From an uncultured delta proteobacterium (lineage in GTDB: Bacteria > Desulfobacterota > RBG-13-43-22): DNA of 64,000 nucleotides. The notes below the pieces were generated by a model, which was given only the letters and a program-made list of their open reading frames with translations, was not told the origin of the DNA and ran no database searches. Made by a program: the position numbers and the translations under genes. The stretch is taken from contig CAVQFQ010000025.1 in assembly GCA_963711835.1 (NCBI GenBank), positions 49,442 to 113,441 on the forward strand. Reading direction: 5' to 3'. The first letter of the stretch is position 1. The number at the start of each line of letters is the position of its first letter. Positions 20,207 to 30,477 of the stretch are shown in pieces.

Positions 20207-20746
20207 GTGGAAAACAAAAGGCATTCCCGTAATAAGATAAAGCCAGCCTCACTGATTTCACTGGTCCAAAGAGCCCTCGAATTGGGGGCGAATGAAGCCA
20301 AGCCTTTGAGGACGGATCAGGTGGTTTTTGATCCTCGTGCCCATCTCAAGTGCCGCTTTGGCTGCGGGCGCTGGGGCAAGTATTGGACCTGCCCACCCCA
20401 TCTTGCTCTCCCGCAGTCCACTTTTGATAAAGCCTTTGCTCGATACCAGACGGCTTTGGTTATCAAAACCAGCGATCCCAAATCCGGGCAAGAGGTGGCC
20501 CTATCTTTGGAAAAAGAGGCCATGTTACAATATGGCTGCTCCTTTGCCCTGGCCCTGGCCCTCTGTGTTCAGTGTGAAGAGTGCGCTTATCCGGAGCCCT
20601 GCCGTTACCCTCACCTGGCCAGGCCGGCCTTGGATGCCTTAGGCGTAGACGTGGGCAAGACCCTGGAGCCTCTGGGCTTTAAGGTGGAATTCGACAAGGA
20701 AGGCCTGCTCCTTCCCGTCTGGTACACCATGGTCTTGCTGGATTAA
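20207..20746 (+). CDS. DUF2284-like Cys-rich putative metal-binding protein
   Basis: KCRFGC...WTCPP and CVQCEEC...PCRYP...ARP..DALGVDV; GTG after AGGAG. Confidence 0.7.
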   Translation: MENKRHSRNKIKPASLISLVQRALELGANEAKPLRTDQVVFDPRAHLKCRFGCGRWGKYWTCPPHLALPQSTFDKAFARYQTALVIKTSDPKSGQEVALSLEKEAMLQYGCSFALALALCVQCEECAYPEPCRYPHLARPALDALGVDVGKTLEPLGFKVEFDKEGLLLPVWYTMVLLD

Positions 20747-21041
20747 GATTTAAAGCCTTGTGGTCTGAGGGGGTCGGCTTTCGGGAATGCCGTTTCAGAG
20801 AGGATGTGTATCATAAAAAATGGTTATATTCTTTCTTGGAATGCCTCCTCCCACCTGATTTTGAAGAGTTGGTAACGTCAACCCAATACCCTTTCTAATT
20901 GTACTGCCCTAATCTTTGCAGCGCATAGGGGCCATCCCACCCTTTTAAAGATGGGAAATCCCGTCAATCAAAGGAACATACGGGAATCGGCCGGATAAAA
21001 AATGTCTGGTTCCGGCGGCCGGATTTTGTTATAGTTGGCCC

Positions 21042-23036
21042 ATGTCTGGGCAAGCAAAAATCTTATCTGCAACCCCTTTGATACCCACTGGTCCGGCGGA
21101 GGAAGTTCTTTTCCAGGTCATGGCCCGACTGAATGACGGTCTTTTTATCGTCGACAGCGGGGGAAAAATTACCTATCTGAATCCGGCGGCCGAGGAAATA
21201 ACCGGCCTTTCATCCTCCGAGGCGGCAGGCCGCCCCTGCAGCGAAGTATTCGAAAGCCTGACTGTTGAGCAGGGCCCTTTCCCCCCCGAAGGCCCGGAAA
21301 CGACGGATTCGATTCTTCATCAAAAATGTTTGTCCCTGAAGGGCGACGGAAAAAAAATTCCACTCTATCGCACCCTGTCGGTCTTAACGGATCGGGCCGG
21401 AAAGACGATCGGCCAAATGGGGATCTTGAGGGATGTTTCCCGCAGCAAGGCCCTGGAGGATGATTGGCAGCTTTCCGAGAACCAATACCGGCAGATTTTT
21501 GAGGGATCCAGGGATTTGATTTTTATTACCTCCAAGGAGGGGAGGATTAAAGATGTCAATCAAGCCGGGTTGGACTTGCTGAAATACCGCCATAAGCCGG
21601 AATTATTGGACCTGGAATCGGTGGAGAAGATATTTCGAAATCCCATACATTGGGCGGTATTCCGGAAACAAATCGACCGCCACGGTTCCATAAAAGACTT
21701 CGAAGCCGGATTCAAGAGGAAGGATGGCGCCTTTATTCATTGTCTGCTGAGCGGAAATGCGGTTCGCAACTGGATCGGAGAGATTGTAGGCTATGAGGCG
21801 ATAGCCAAAGATATCACCGCCCGCATGGACGCCCATCGGATTTTACAACAGCGGCATAGCGACTTACAGGTACTGACCTCCGTTGCTCTGGCCATGAACA
21901 CCACCCAGGATTTAAATGACATCCTCAAAATTGCCCTGACCAAGGTTCTAAATGCTTTAAACCTGACCTCGGGGGGGATCTTCTTAATCGACCATGATAA
22001 AGCGGCCTACCTGCTCCGGGCCCAACAGGGACTCCCGGATATCGGGGCCGATACCGGCAACCGCATTTTCCTCACGGACCAACTCCTTATGGAGGGGCTC
22101 CTCAAAAAAAATCTTCATCTTGCCCCGGAACCCATTTTCCCTCCTTTCAAGGCCGTCCTGCGGGGCGAAAACGAGGCTCCGGCTTTGGAGTTTACCTGCT
22201 TCCTGATTACCGCCAAGGAGAAGGCCTGCGGGTTTATGGCCTTTGTGGTTCCCGCAAACAGGGATCTTACCTCCGGGGAAGATTACCATCTCCTGGGTTC
22301 TTTAGGGAACTTTTTAGGCGGGGCTATTGAAAACGCCCAACTTCTCGAAACGATTCAGGAGCACCGGGAAGAGCTCAAAGGGTTGACGGCGAACCTGTTT
22401 CATTCCCAGGAGGGAGAAAGAAAACGGATTGCCCAGGAATTGCATGACGAGGCCGGGCAAGCCCTGACCGGGATTCATTTTACCCTGGAAACGATTGAGA
22501 AGGGCATTTCCTCCGAATCGATCCAGACCCGGGAACTTATTGCCGAGGTGAAACGGCAGATCAACCGCACTTATCAGGAAATGCGCAATATTTCGTATAG
22601 CCTGCACCCGGCCATTTTAAGTGATTTAGGCCTGGAACCGGCCTTGGATTCCTATGTGGCCAATCTTTCCCTGCTTCGGGAAATTGAAATCGATTTCAAA
22701 ATGATCGGTTTCGAAAAGCGCCTGGACACGGAAATGGAGACCGTCTTATACCGCCTTTCGCAGGAGGCGATAACCAACTCTCTGAAACACTCCGGGGCAA
22801 AACATATTAAGCTTTCGATCATCAAGAGTTATCCCCGTATTATCTTTGTTGCCGAGGATGACGGGGTGGGTTTCAGCAGCCCTTCAAGAACCAAGCCCAA
22901 ACAATCCCTGGGTCTATTGGGCATGCGGGAAAGGGCCTCCATGTTGGGGGGAAACTTCTCGATCCGGTCGAACCCCGGGCAAGGGACCAGGATACGAATT
23001 GAAATGCCCATCCGGGAGGCCTCTAATGGCCGATAA
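21042..23036 (+). CDS. PAS/GAF sensor histidine kinase (HisKA_3), paralog of 6957
   Basis: IAQELHDEAGQ, QEAITN, EDDGVGF, GLLGMRERA. Confidence 0.9.
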   Translation: MSGQAKILSATPLIPTGPAEEVLFQVMARLNDGLFIVDSGGKITYLNPAAEEITGLSSSEAAGRPCSEVFESLTVEQGPFPPEGPETTDSILHQKCLSLKGDGKKIPLYRTLSVLTDRAGKTIGQMGILRDVSRSKALEDDWQLSENQYRQIFEGSRDLIFITSKEGRIKDVNQAGLDLLKYRHKPELLDLESVEKIFRNPIHWAVFRKQIDRHGSIKDFEAGFKRKDGAFIHCLLSGNAVRNWIGEIVGYEAIAKDITARMDAHRILQQRHSDLQVLTSVALAMNTTQDLNDILKIALTKVLNALNLTSGGIFLIDHDKAAYLLRAQQGLPDIGADTGNRIFLTDQLLMEGLLKKNLHLAPEPIFPPFKAVLRGENEAPALEFTCFLITAKEKACGFMAFVVPANRDLTSGEDYHLLGSLGNFLGGAIENAQLLETIQEHREELKGLTANLFHSQEGERKRIAQELHDEAGQALTGIHFTLETIEKGISSESIQTRELIAEVKRQINRTYQEMRNISYSLHPAILSDLGLEPALDSYVANLSLLREIEIDFKMIGFEKRLDTEMETVLYRLSQEAITNSLKHSGAKHIKLSIIKSYPRIIFVAEDDGVGFSSPSRTKPKQSLGLLGMRERASMLGGNFSIRSNPGQGTRIRIEMPIREASNGR

Positions 23037-23694
23037 AGCGGTTACCGTACTGTTGGCCGACGACCATACCATTGTCCTCCAAGGCTTGGCCAAGTTATTG
23101 GAAGGGGAACCGAACATCCGGGTGGTGGGGGAAGCGCACAACGGGCGGGAGGCCGTCAATAAGGTGGAGGAATTAAAACCCGATGTGATCGTGATGGACA
23201 TCGCCATGCCCATTTTAAACGGCATTGAGGCCACCCGTCAGATCAAAAAAATCCGCCCTCAAAGCAAAGTCATCATCCTATCCATGCATTCACACGATCG
23301 TTTTATCAATGAACTTTTTTCTCTGGGGGCCTCGGGCTATCTTCTGAAGGATTCTACAGGCCAGGACATCATTCGGGCGATTCAGGCCGCCGTCAGGGGA
23401 GATACCTACTTGAGTCCTTCCATTTCCCGGCGGGTTATAGAAAACTATGTTTCCTTGAAAAAAAATAAATCCTCCCAGGAAGAACTTTACAGTCAACTTT
23501 CAAACCGGGAGCGGGAAGTGTTCCAGATGATCGCCGAGGGGCGTTCCACGAAAGAAATTGCCGATATTCTTTATGTCAGCCAAAGTACGGTAAAGTCCCA
23601 TCGCGCCAATATCCTGGAAAAACTGCAGATAGAAAACCTTAGCCAGCTCATCCAGTTTGCCATTTCCTTGAACCTAGTGGAAATCCAGCAATAG
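23026..23694 (+). CDS. NarL/LuxR-family response regulator
   Basis: LADDH, MDIAMP, LSNREREV...TVKSHRANI; ATG 23026 after GGAGG. Confidence 0.92.
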   Translation: MADKAVTVLLADDHTIVLQGLAKLLEGEPNIRVVGEAHNGREAVNKVEELKPDVIVMDIAMPILNGIEATRQIKKIRPQSKVIILSMHSHDRFINELFSLGASGYLLKDSTGQDIIRAIQAAVRGDTYLSPSISRRVIENYVSLKKNKSSQEELYSQLSNREREVFQMIAEGRSTKEIADILYVSQSTVKSHRANILEKLQIENLSQLIQFAISLNLVEIQQ

Positions 23695-23742
23695 ACTTTT
23701 CCACCCGGAATCCCTTCAAAATAGTCTCGTTGCCTCCCAAAA

Positions 23743-23759
23743 ATCATCTCTCGGACGAT
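23743..23759 (+). promoter_or_regulatory. ATCATC-N5-GACGAT site matching the 9927-10008 operator array
   Basis: Same half-sites and spacer, upstream of the second methyl-transfer operon. Confidence 0.5.
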
Positions 23760-23855
23760 AGATTTAGTTTCTTTTTTAAGGTATTGTTTCATAGAGGCTA
23801 TTACAGAAATAATTTTTTTAACGCGTTTTTATCTTTTTTATAAGGAGGCTGACTC

Positions 23856-24803
23856 GTGTTCCAGATAGAAACAGCACAAAAAGTGTGCCAGGTCGGAGGG
23901 GTGAAGTTCGGGGGGCAACCTGGAGAATATCCTACCGTGGTCTGTTCCTCCATCTTCCAAAAAGGAGACAAATTATTTCTGGGAAAAAGGCAGGAGGGCT
24001 TTGATGAAAAGCGGGCCGCGGAACTCCTTAAGACCCAGGACAAGCTCTGGCAGGAGACCGGGGTGCCGGGCATGGCCGATATCGTGGCCAATACCGGCAG
24101 TGAATTTAAGACTTATATTGATTTTGTGACCTCAGTGAGTAATATGCCCTTTTGTATCGATGCCTGGACTATGAAACCCAAACTGGAGGGGGCGGCCTAT
24201 TGTGCCGAAAAAGGCCTGCTGGACCGGATGTTTTATAACAGCCTGACGGTCTGGGAAAAGGATTTGGAGACCGAAATCAAGGAAATTGCCCAAATCGGCG
24301 TAAAACACGTGCTCCTGGTGGCCTTTGATATGGCGGATCAATTACCCAGTGGGAGAATCGCCGGCACCCAAAAACTACTTGATGCCATTGATAAGGTGGG
24401 GGCATCCTTTGAAAGCCTATTTGTTGACACTTCGGTCATGAACGGACCGGCCACGGCTTTTTGTGGCCTGGCCAACCGTCTGATTAAGGAAAAATGGGGC
24501 TTCCCCACCGGAAGCGCTCCGAGTAACGGATCGTATATGTGGAAAAAGGCCCGGGAAATGTGGGGGTTCACGGGCTGGTCGGCGGTCGATGCCGGTTTGG
24601 AGTCCCTGGCCTCCTTTCTATACCATGACATCATCTTTTCCGGTCCCATGGCCGGTGCCCCGAGAATCTTTCCGGCCGTGGCCATGGCCGATGCCTTTTT
24701 AGCCACGGCGGTTTTTGCCGAGAGCAAGCGGTTGCCCCAGGATCCGAACCATCCGCTATTTAAGCTCTTTCCGGAATTTGTGGAGCAACTCAAAAAGATT
24801 TAA
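23856..24803 (+). CDS. MtrH-like pterin:corrinoid methyltransferase
   Basis: FGGQPGEYPTV..SIF signature, FCID, YNSL, VDTSV, PTGSAPSN. Confidence 0.85.
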   Translation: MFQIETAQKVCQVGGVKFGGQPGEYPTVVCSSIFQKGDKLFLGKRQEGFDEKRAAELLKTQDKLWQETGVPGMADIVANTGSEFKTYIDFVTSVSNMPFCIDAWTMKPKLEGAAYCAEKGLLDRMFYNSLTVWEKDLETEIKEIAQIGVKHVLLVAFDMADQLPSGRIAGTQKLLDAIDKVGASFESLFVDTSVMNGPATAFCGLANRLIKEKWGFPTGSAPSNGSYMWKKAREMWGFTGWSAVDAGLESLASFLYHDIIFSGPMAGAPRIFPAVAMADAFLATAVFAESKRLPQDPNHPLFKLFPEFVEQLKKI

Positions 24804-24900
24804 TAAGCTAAGGTTCCAATTCTAAACCGGCAGCGGGTGGCCGGCCGAGGCCTTTCGCCGAGGGAATCCCCGGAAATAAAAAGAAAAAGGAGGGACAGGC

Positions 24901-25581
24901 ATGGCTTCAGAAGAAAGAACAAAAGAACTAATGAAAGCCCTTCAGGAGGCGGTAGTCAACTACGATGAGGACAAGGTCAAGGAATTGTCTCAGGCCGTTA
25001 TCGATGAAGGGGCGGATCCCTTTACGGCTACCATGGACGGTTTGGCTGAAGGGATGATTCAGGTTGGGGATCTTTATAATAAAAAGGAATACTTCGTCCC
25101 CGAGCTCCTGATGTGCGCCGATGCCCTGTATGCAGGACTGGACCTTCTGAAGCCCGCCATTGAGGCTTCCGGGAGAAAAAGCGAATCCAAGGGTTCTATC
25201 GTGCTCGGGGTGGTCGAAGGCGATGTCCACGACATCGGTAAAAACCTGATCAAGATGATGTTTGAGGTGGCCGGCTGGACCGTTTATGACTTGGGTAAAG
25301 ACGTGCCTTTGGACCGGTTCTTGGAGGAACAGTTGAGGACGGACTCGGATATCGTCGGGCTTTCGGCCTTGATGACTACCAGCATGATCAGTATGCCCGA
25401 GATCGTCAAGAAGCTGAAGGAGAAAAATCCCAAGGTTCGGGTTATGTTGGGCGGCGCCCCCATTACCCCGGAAGTGGTGGAAAAGTACGGCGCCGACGGC
25501 TACGCCCGGGATGCCGGGACGGCCGTAGACGAGGCCATTAAATTGATTAAGATGCTCCGGGAAGAAGAAAAGGCAAAGTAA
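24901..25581 (+). CDS. methyltransferase corrinoid protein
   Basis: YFVPELLMCA, GDVHDIGKN, SALMTT, LGGAP. Confidence 0.92.
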   Translation: MASEERTKELMKALQEAVVNYDEDKVKELSQAVIDEGADPFTATMDGLAEGMIQVGDLYNKKEYFVPELLMCADALYAGLDLLKPAIEASGRKSESKGSIVLGVVEGDVHDIGKNLIKMMFEVAGWTVYDLGKDVPLDRFLEEQLRTDSDIVGLSALMTTSMISMPEIVKKLKEKNPKVRVMLGGAPITPEVVEKYGADGYARDAGTAVDEAIKLIKMLREEEKAK

Positions 25582-25719
25582 ATCAAAGCCTTTTCAAGGG
25601 TGATTTCCCTTTTCCTTTGAGCGATCCGGCGGGCAAAAAATAACACCCTTTTTTGTTTTCTCAGTCTTACTCTGAGCTGAGCATTAACTCGTTATCGGGA
25701 TAGAGAAAGGAGCCGTATT

Positions 25720-28700
25720 ATGCCGAGTGGGGAAATTGAAAAAGTTTTAGTCATTTTTCAACCCTCAGGATGTCGAGGGCACATCGAACCAGGAAAGACC
25801 CTCAAACAGGCCTCCGTGGCCTTAGGCGTGGATATTGAAGGGGTCTGCGGGGAACAGGCTATTTGCGGGACCTGCAAGGTTCGGGTCGAGGAAGGGGAAT
25901 TCGAAAAATACGGTATCCGCTCCACCCGAGATCATCTTTCCGCTATGGGGCCTTCGGAGAGAAAATTCTTTAACCTGCGGCAGGTCGACGAGGGCTACCG
26001 GCTGGCCTGTCAGGCCCAGATCCTGGGCGATGTGGTTATCTTCGTCCCGGAAGAAAGCCGGATGGGTAAGCAGGTGGTCCGAAAGGCGCCTACCGCGCGG
26101 CCGATTGAAATCAAACCGGCGGTCAGAAAATATCCGGTCGAGCTGATCAAAGCCACCCTGGAAGACAATATCGGTGATTGGGAACGATTGACGGCGGCCC
26201 TGGAGGAAAAATACGGCCTGAAGCAGTTGACCTTAGACTACGAAGTGCTCATGGATTTACAGACCATCGTCCGCCAGGGGGAGTGGAAGATTACGGTTAC
26301 GGTCTGGCAGGGCCGGGAAGTGATCCGGGTCGAACCCGGAATCAAGGAAAAGGGCTATGGGCTGGCGGTCGATGTGGGCACTTCCACGGTAGCCGGTTAC
26401 TTGTGCGATATAAGCGATGGGACGGTGATCGCCACCGCCTCCATGATGAATCCCCAGATTGTCTATGGGGAAGATGTCATGTCCCGGATCAGTTACACCA
26501 TGACCAATTCGGACGGCTTGGAGATCCTGAACCAGGCTATCGTGGACGGTCTGAACGGTATCGTGGCCGAAGTAGCGGAAACCGCCGGTATCAAGCGCCA
26601 GGATATCCTGGATATGAGCATCGTAGGCAACACCTGTATGCACCATATCTATTTGAACATCGATCCCAAGTACATCGGGCGTTCTCCCTTTGCGCCGAGT
26701 TTACACCATTCGATGGATATCAAGGCCCGTGATTTCGGCTTCAAGATTCCCCAGGAAAAAGAAAGGGAAGACAAAGGGAAGTATGCCCCCTGCCGGGTGG
26801 AATGTCCGGCGGGGGTTAACGTCGATGATTTCTTATATCTCATGGCGCAGCATAAGTTTAAAGAGGCCCTGGAACTGGTCCGATTATCCTATCCCTTTTC
26901 CGGCGTCTGCGGTCGGGTCTGTACCCATCCCTGCGAAGGGATATGCGAAAGGGGTAAAGTGGATGCGCCCATTTCCATCCGGGCGGCCCATCGTTTTCTG
27001 GCTGATTATGAATTGACCCAGGGAAGGGAAAAGGCCGCTCCCGTGGAATTGAAAAAGGCCTCCCGGATCGCTATCGTAGGTTCCGGGCCGGCCGGTCTGG
27101 CCTGTGCTTATGATTTGATTCGCCGGGGACACCCTATAACCGTTTTTGAGGCCAAGGCCCAGGCCGGAGGTATGCTGCGCTACGGCATTCCGGAATACCG
27201 GCTGCCGAAAGGTATTCTGGAAGATGAAATCCATTACCTGGAAGAGTTGGGTGTGGAGATAAAGACCAATACCGCCGTGAAAAACGTGGAGGATATCTTC
27301 AACGAGGGATATCAAGCTATCTTCCTGGCGACCGGGACCTGGAAAAGCCAGAAATTGAACCTACCGGGGGAAGACAGCCCGGATGTAATCTATGCCCTCG
27401 ATTTTCTAAGAGAGGTGAATTCAGGCGAGAAAGTCGGACTGGGCGGCCGGGTGGCGGTTATCGGCGGAGGCAGTGTGGCTGTGGATGCAGCCCGGCTATC
27501 CAAGCGTCTGGGCGCCCGGGAAATTCACCTGATCTGTCTGGAATCCACCGACCTGACCTGCCGGGATCGGATGCCGGCCCAGGATCTGGAAATCGAACAA
27601 GCCCGCCAAGAAGGGATTATTATCCATCCTTCCCTGGGCGTTGGGAAAATTATCTCCGAAGAGGGCAAGGTCAAGGCGGTCGACACAGTCGGTTGTGTGT
27701 CGGTTTATGATGCCGAAGGCCGGTTTGACCCGCAGTTTTCCAAAGAGCCCGCTCCCTCGATTTCCGTAGATACCGTGATTGTGGCCGTAGGCCAGAGGGC
27801 CGAGGATAACGTTTTCTCGGAAATCAATCGGCACTCTTCGGGGATCATCCAGGTTGATGAAATTACTCTCGAAACAAACCAAAAGGGGGTTTTTGCCGGT
27901 GGTGATGTAGCTACCGGCCCCGCCAATGTGATCAAGGCCGTTCGGGCCGGAAAAGAGGCCGCTATTTCCATCGAGCTTTATCTGGCCGGGATGGATATGA
28001 AGGAAGACCGGCCTAAACCTTTAAAGGCTGTCGAAGATGTACCCAAAGAAGGGGTCAGGAAAGAAGCCCGCCAGGAGGTTCCGGAACGGCCCCTGGATCA
28101 GCGTCAGGGTTTTGATGAGGTGGAATTGGGCTTTGAGGAATCCCAGGTGGTTCAAGAATCGCTCCGCTGTCTCCACTGCGCGGTGTATGCCCAGAAGGAC
28201 GTCTCCGATGGTGAAGAGGCCCGGGGCTGGGGTATCAAAATCGCCCCCGGGGCGTACATCCATTGTCTGCCGATTGAGGCCGGTTTTGTAGGGGCCGATA
28301 ATGTGGGCGTGCTGATTGCCGAAGCACCCTATAACCAGGATAGCCTCGAGCTGGTTATCGATATCGGCACCAACGGGGAAATCATTCTGGGCAACCGGAA
28401 GAGGTTGATTTCCGCTTCCTGCGCCACGGGACCGGCCTTTGAGGGGGCCCAGTTGCGTTTCGGTATGCGGGCCGCCCCTGGGGCCATTGAAAAAATTGAA
28501 ATTGATAAAGAGACCCAGGAGGTCCGTTTCAAGGTTATTGACGAGACCCGCTGGAATACCGAAATGAAACCGGAAGAGATAAAGGCCAAGGGCATCTGCG
28601 GCTCCGGTATCATTGATGCCATCCCGCAACTCTTCTTAGCCGGTATTATTGATAAAACGGGAAAGTTCGTTAAAGAACTCCAGCATCCCCGGTTGCGGCA

Positions 28701-29172
28701 AGTGGAGGGTCAATACGAATACATTATTGCCTGGGCCCACGAGACCTCCATCGGCCAGGATGTGGTCGTCTGCCAGGATGATATCCGGGCCATCCAGTTG
28801 GGTAAGGCCGCCATGTACGCCGGCAGCAAAATCCTGATGGAGACCCTGGGGATTGAAAAGCTGGACAAGGTGATTTTAGCCGGGGCCTTCGGAAGTTACA
28901 TTGACAAGCTGTCGGCCGCGATTCTGGGGATGTTCCCGGATTGTGATCCCAAAAATGTGTATTCGGTAGGCAATGCGGCCGGGGACGGGGCTCGGATGGC
29001 TTTGCTCAATGTCGATAAACGGAGAGAGGCCGATGAGTATGCCAGAAAGGTGGAGTATATCGAGCTCACCATCTCCCCGAGATTCGAAAAGATATTTGCC
29101 CAATCGATGTGGTTTCCCCATATGAAGGACCCTTTTCCGAACTTGCAGGAGTATCTCCCGGCCAAGAAATAG
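25720..29172 (+). CDS. RACE/ASKHA corrinoid activator with an internal GltD/NfnB-like FAD/Fe-S oxidoreductase module
   Basis: RACE motifs as in 12394, split by APCRVECPAG...CGRVCTHPCEGIC...GSGPAG...GGMLRYGIP...GGGSVA...FAGGD...RCLHC. Confidence 0.88.
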   Translation: MPSGEIEKVLVIFQPSGCRGHIEPGKTLKQASVALGVDIEGVCGEQAICGTCKVRVEEGEFEKYGIRSTRDHLSAMGPSERKFFNLRQVDEGYRLACQAQILGDVVIFVPEESRMGKQVVRKAPTARPIEIKPAVRKYPVELIKATLEDNIGDWERLTAALEEKYGLKQLTLDYEVLMDLQTIVRQGEWKITVTVWQGREVIRVEPGIKEKGYGLAVDVGTSTVAGYLCDISDGTVIATASMMNPQIVYGEDVMSRISYTMTNSDGLEILNQAIVDGLNGIVAEVAETAGIKRQDILDMSIVGNTCMHHIYLNIDPKYIGRSPFAPSLHHSMDIKARDFGFKIPQEKEREDKGKYAPCRVECPAGVNVDDFLYLMAQHKFKEALELVRLSYPFSGVCGRVCTHPCEGICERGKVDAPISIRAAHRFLADYELTQGREKAAPVELKKASRIAIVGSGPAGLACAYDLIRRGHPITVFEAKAQAGGMLRYGIPEYRLPKGILEDEIHYLEELGVEIKTNTAVKNVEDIFNEGYQAIFLATGTWKSQKLNLPGEDSPDVIYALDFLREVNSGEKVGLGGRVAVIGGGSVAVDAARLSKRLGAREIHLICLESTDLTCRDRMPAQDLEIEQARQEGIIIHPSLGVGKIISEEGKVKAVDTVGCVSVYDAEGRFDPQFSKEPAPSISVDTVIVAVGQRAEDNVFSEINRHSSGIIQVDEITLETNQKGVFAGGDVATGPANVIKAVRAGKEAAISIELYLAGMDMKEDRPKPLKAVEDVPKEGVRKEARQEVPERPLDQRQGFDEVELGFEESQVVQESLRCLHCAVYAQKDVSDGEEARGWGIKIAPGAYIHCLPIEAGFVGADNVGVLIAEAPYNQDSLELVIDIGTNGEIILGNRKRLISASCATGPAFEGAQLRFGMRAAPGAIEKIEIDKETQEVRFKVIDETRWNTEMKPEEIKAKGICGSGIIDAIPQLFLAGIIDKTGKFVKELQHPRLRQVEGQYEYIIAWAHETSIGQDVVVCQDDIRAIQLGKAAMYAGSKILMETLGIEKLDKVILAGAFGSYIDKLSAAILGMFPDCDPKNVYSVGNAAGDGARMALLNVDKRREADEYARKVEYIELTISPRFEKIFAQSMWFPHMKDPFPNLQEYLPAKK

Positions 29173-29296
29173 GTGTTGGAGTGCAAAAAAGAATTGCGTG
29201 TGAAGAAAATTCAAAACGAACATCGAACATGAAATTTCGAATGACGAAGTGTTCTTTTTTTTGATAGGCATCATTCGTTAATTAAGGAGGCTAATC

Positions 29297-30334
29297 ATGA
29301 TGGGAACGGAAATGAGTTCCAGAGAAAGGGTGCTGAAATTATTCAACAAGGAAAAGGTCGATCGTCTGCCCATTTTCAGCGGTATGGGAAACATCACCGT
29401 CCAAGGACTGGAGGGGACCAACTGGCGGTTTGCGGAACTACACGTGGATGCCGGAAAAATGGCCAAAATGGCCGCCTCAACCGCCCAGCTTTTCGGCTTT
29501 GAATCTGCCGTAGTCCCTTTTGATATGGGCGTGGAAGCCGAGGCTTTAGGGGCCGGCGTTAATTTCTATGCCGGTCACACCGATATCGTTTATCCGACCA
29601 TTATCAAGAAGGCGGCCGACAAGTTTCAGGATTTGAAGATCCAGGTCCCGGATTTATCCAAAGCCGGGAGGATCCCCTTGGTGGCCGAGGCCATTCGCAT
29701 CCTGAAAGAACAGGTAGGGGATAAAATTGCTATCGGCGCCTGGGTGCTGGGTCCTTATACCTTGGCCGGCCAGTTGACCGATATCGGCGATCTGGCCAAG
29801 TCCGCGTTCAAGAAAACGGCTCAAGTCCAGGAGGTCCTCAACCAATTGGCCGATGTCATTATTGCCATTTCCAAGATTTACCGCCAGGCCGGGGCGGATT
29901 ACATCACCATTCGGGAAATGGGAGCCGGTCCGGATATCTTAAGTCCTCGGATGTTCAAGGCCCTGATTCAGTCTCCCCTGGAAAAGGTCTTTGCCGGTTT
30001 GCAATCGCCCAAGATCCTGCATATTTGCGGCAGCACGGACACGATCATTGAGCAAATGGCCCAGTGCGGGGCGGAGGCCATCAGCGTGGACCAAAAGAAT
30101 ACCCTGGCGGAAACCCGAAAGAAGATCGGCAAGGATCTGCTGCTGTTTGGGAATTTCAGCCCTTATGATACCTTGGTTCTCATGGAGGCCTCGGAAGTGG
30201 ACCCGGTCATTAAGAAGTGTCTGGAAGACGGTGCCGATGCCGTCTGGCCCGGATGTGATCTTTGGCCGGATGTTAAGAAAGAAAATATGCAGGCCATGAT
30301 GGCGGCCGCCTTGAAATACGGACAGCGCTCCTAA
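29297..30334 (+). CDS. MtaA/CmuA-family methyltransferase, paralog of 10518
   Basis: PIFSGMG, GPYTLA, ILHICG, WPGCDLWP. Confidence 0.88.
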   Translation: MMGTEMSSRERVLKLFNKEKVDRLPIFSGMGNITVQGLEGTNWRFAELHVDAGKMAKMAASTAQLFGFESAVVPFDMGVEAEALGAGVNFYAGHTDIVYPTIIKKAADKFQDLKIQVPDLSKAGRIPLVAEAIRILKEQVGDKIAIGAWVLGPYTLAGQLTDIGDLAKSAFKKTAQVQEVLNQLADVIIAISKIYRQAGADYITIREMGAGPDILSPRMFKALIQSPLEKVFAGLQSPKILHICGSTDTIIEQMAQCGAEAISVDQKNTLAETRKKIGKDLLLFGNFSPYDTLVLMEASEVDPVIKKCLEDGADAVWPGCDLWPDVKKENMQAMMAAALKYGQRS

Positions 30335-30477
30335 GGGGAAACATCGGACCCATTTCGTATTAAAGCAGGACCCGGGCTCTTGGCCCGGGAAGGGGATGAA
30401 AAGGCCAACCACCTTGACCGTTAGAGGTAAATTCGCGGAACAGGTTTTATAAGTACCTATAGGGGAGCAACAGGCCT

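Noticed and set aside
20750-21040. Cobalamin riboswitch in an intergenic region of a B12-rich locus
   Set aside because: No B12-box or other conserved riboswitch motifs recognised by eye; an Rfam scan would settle it
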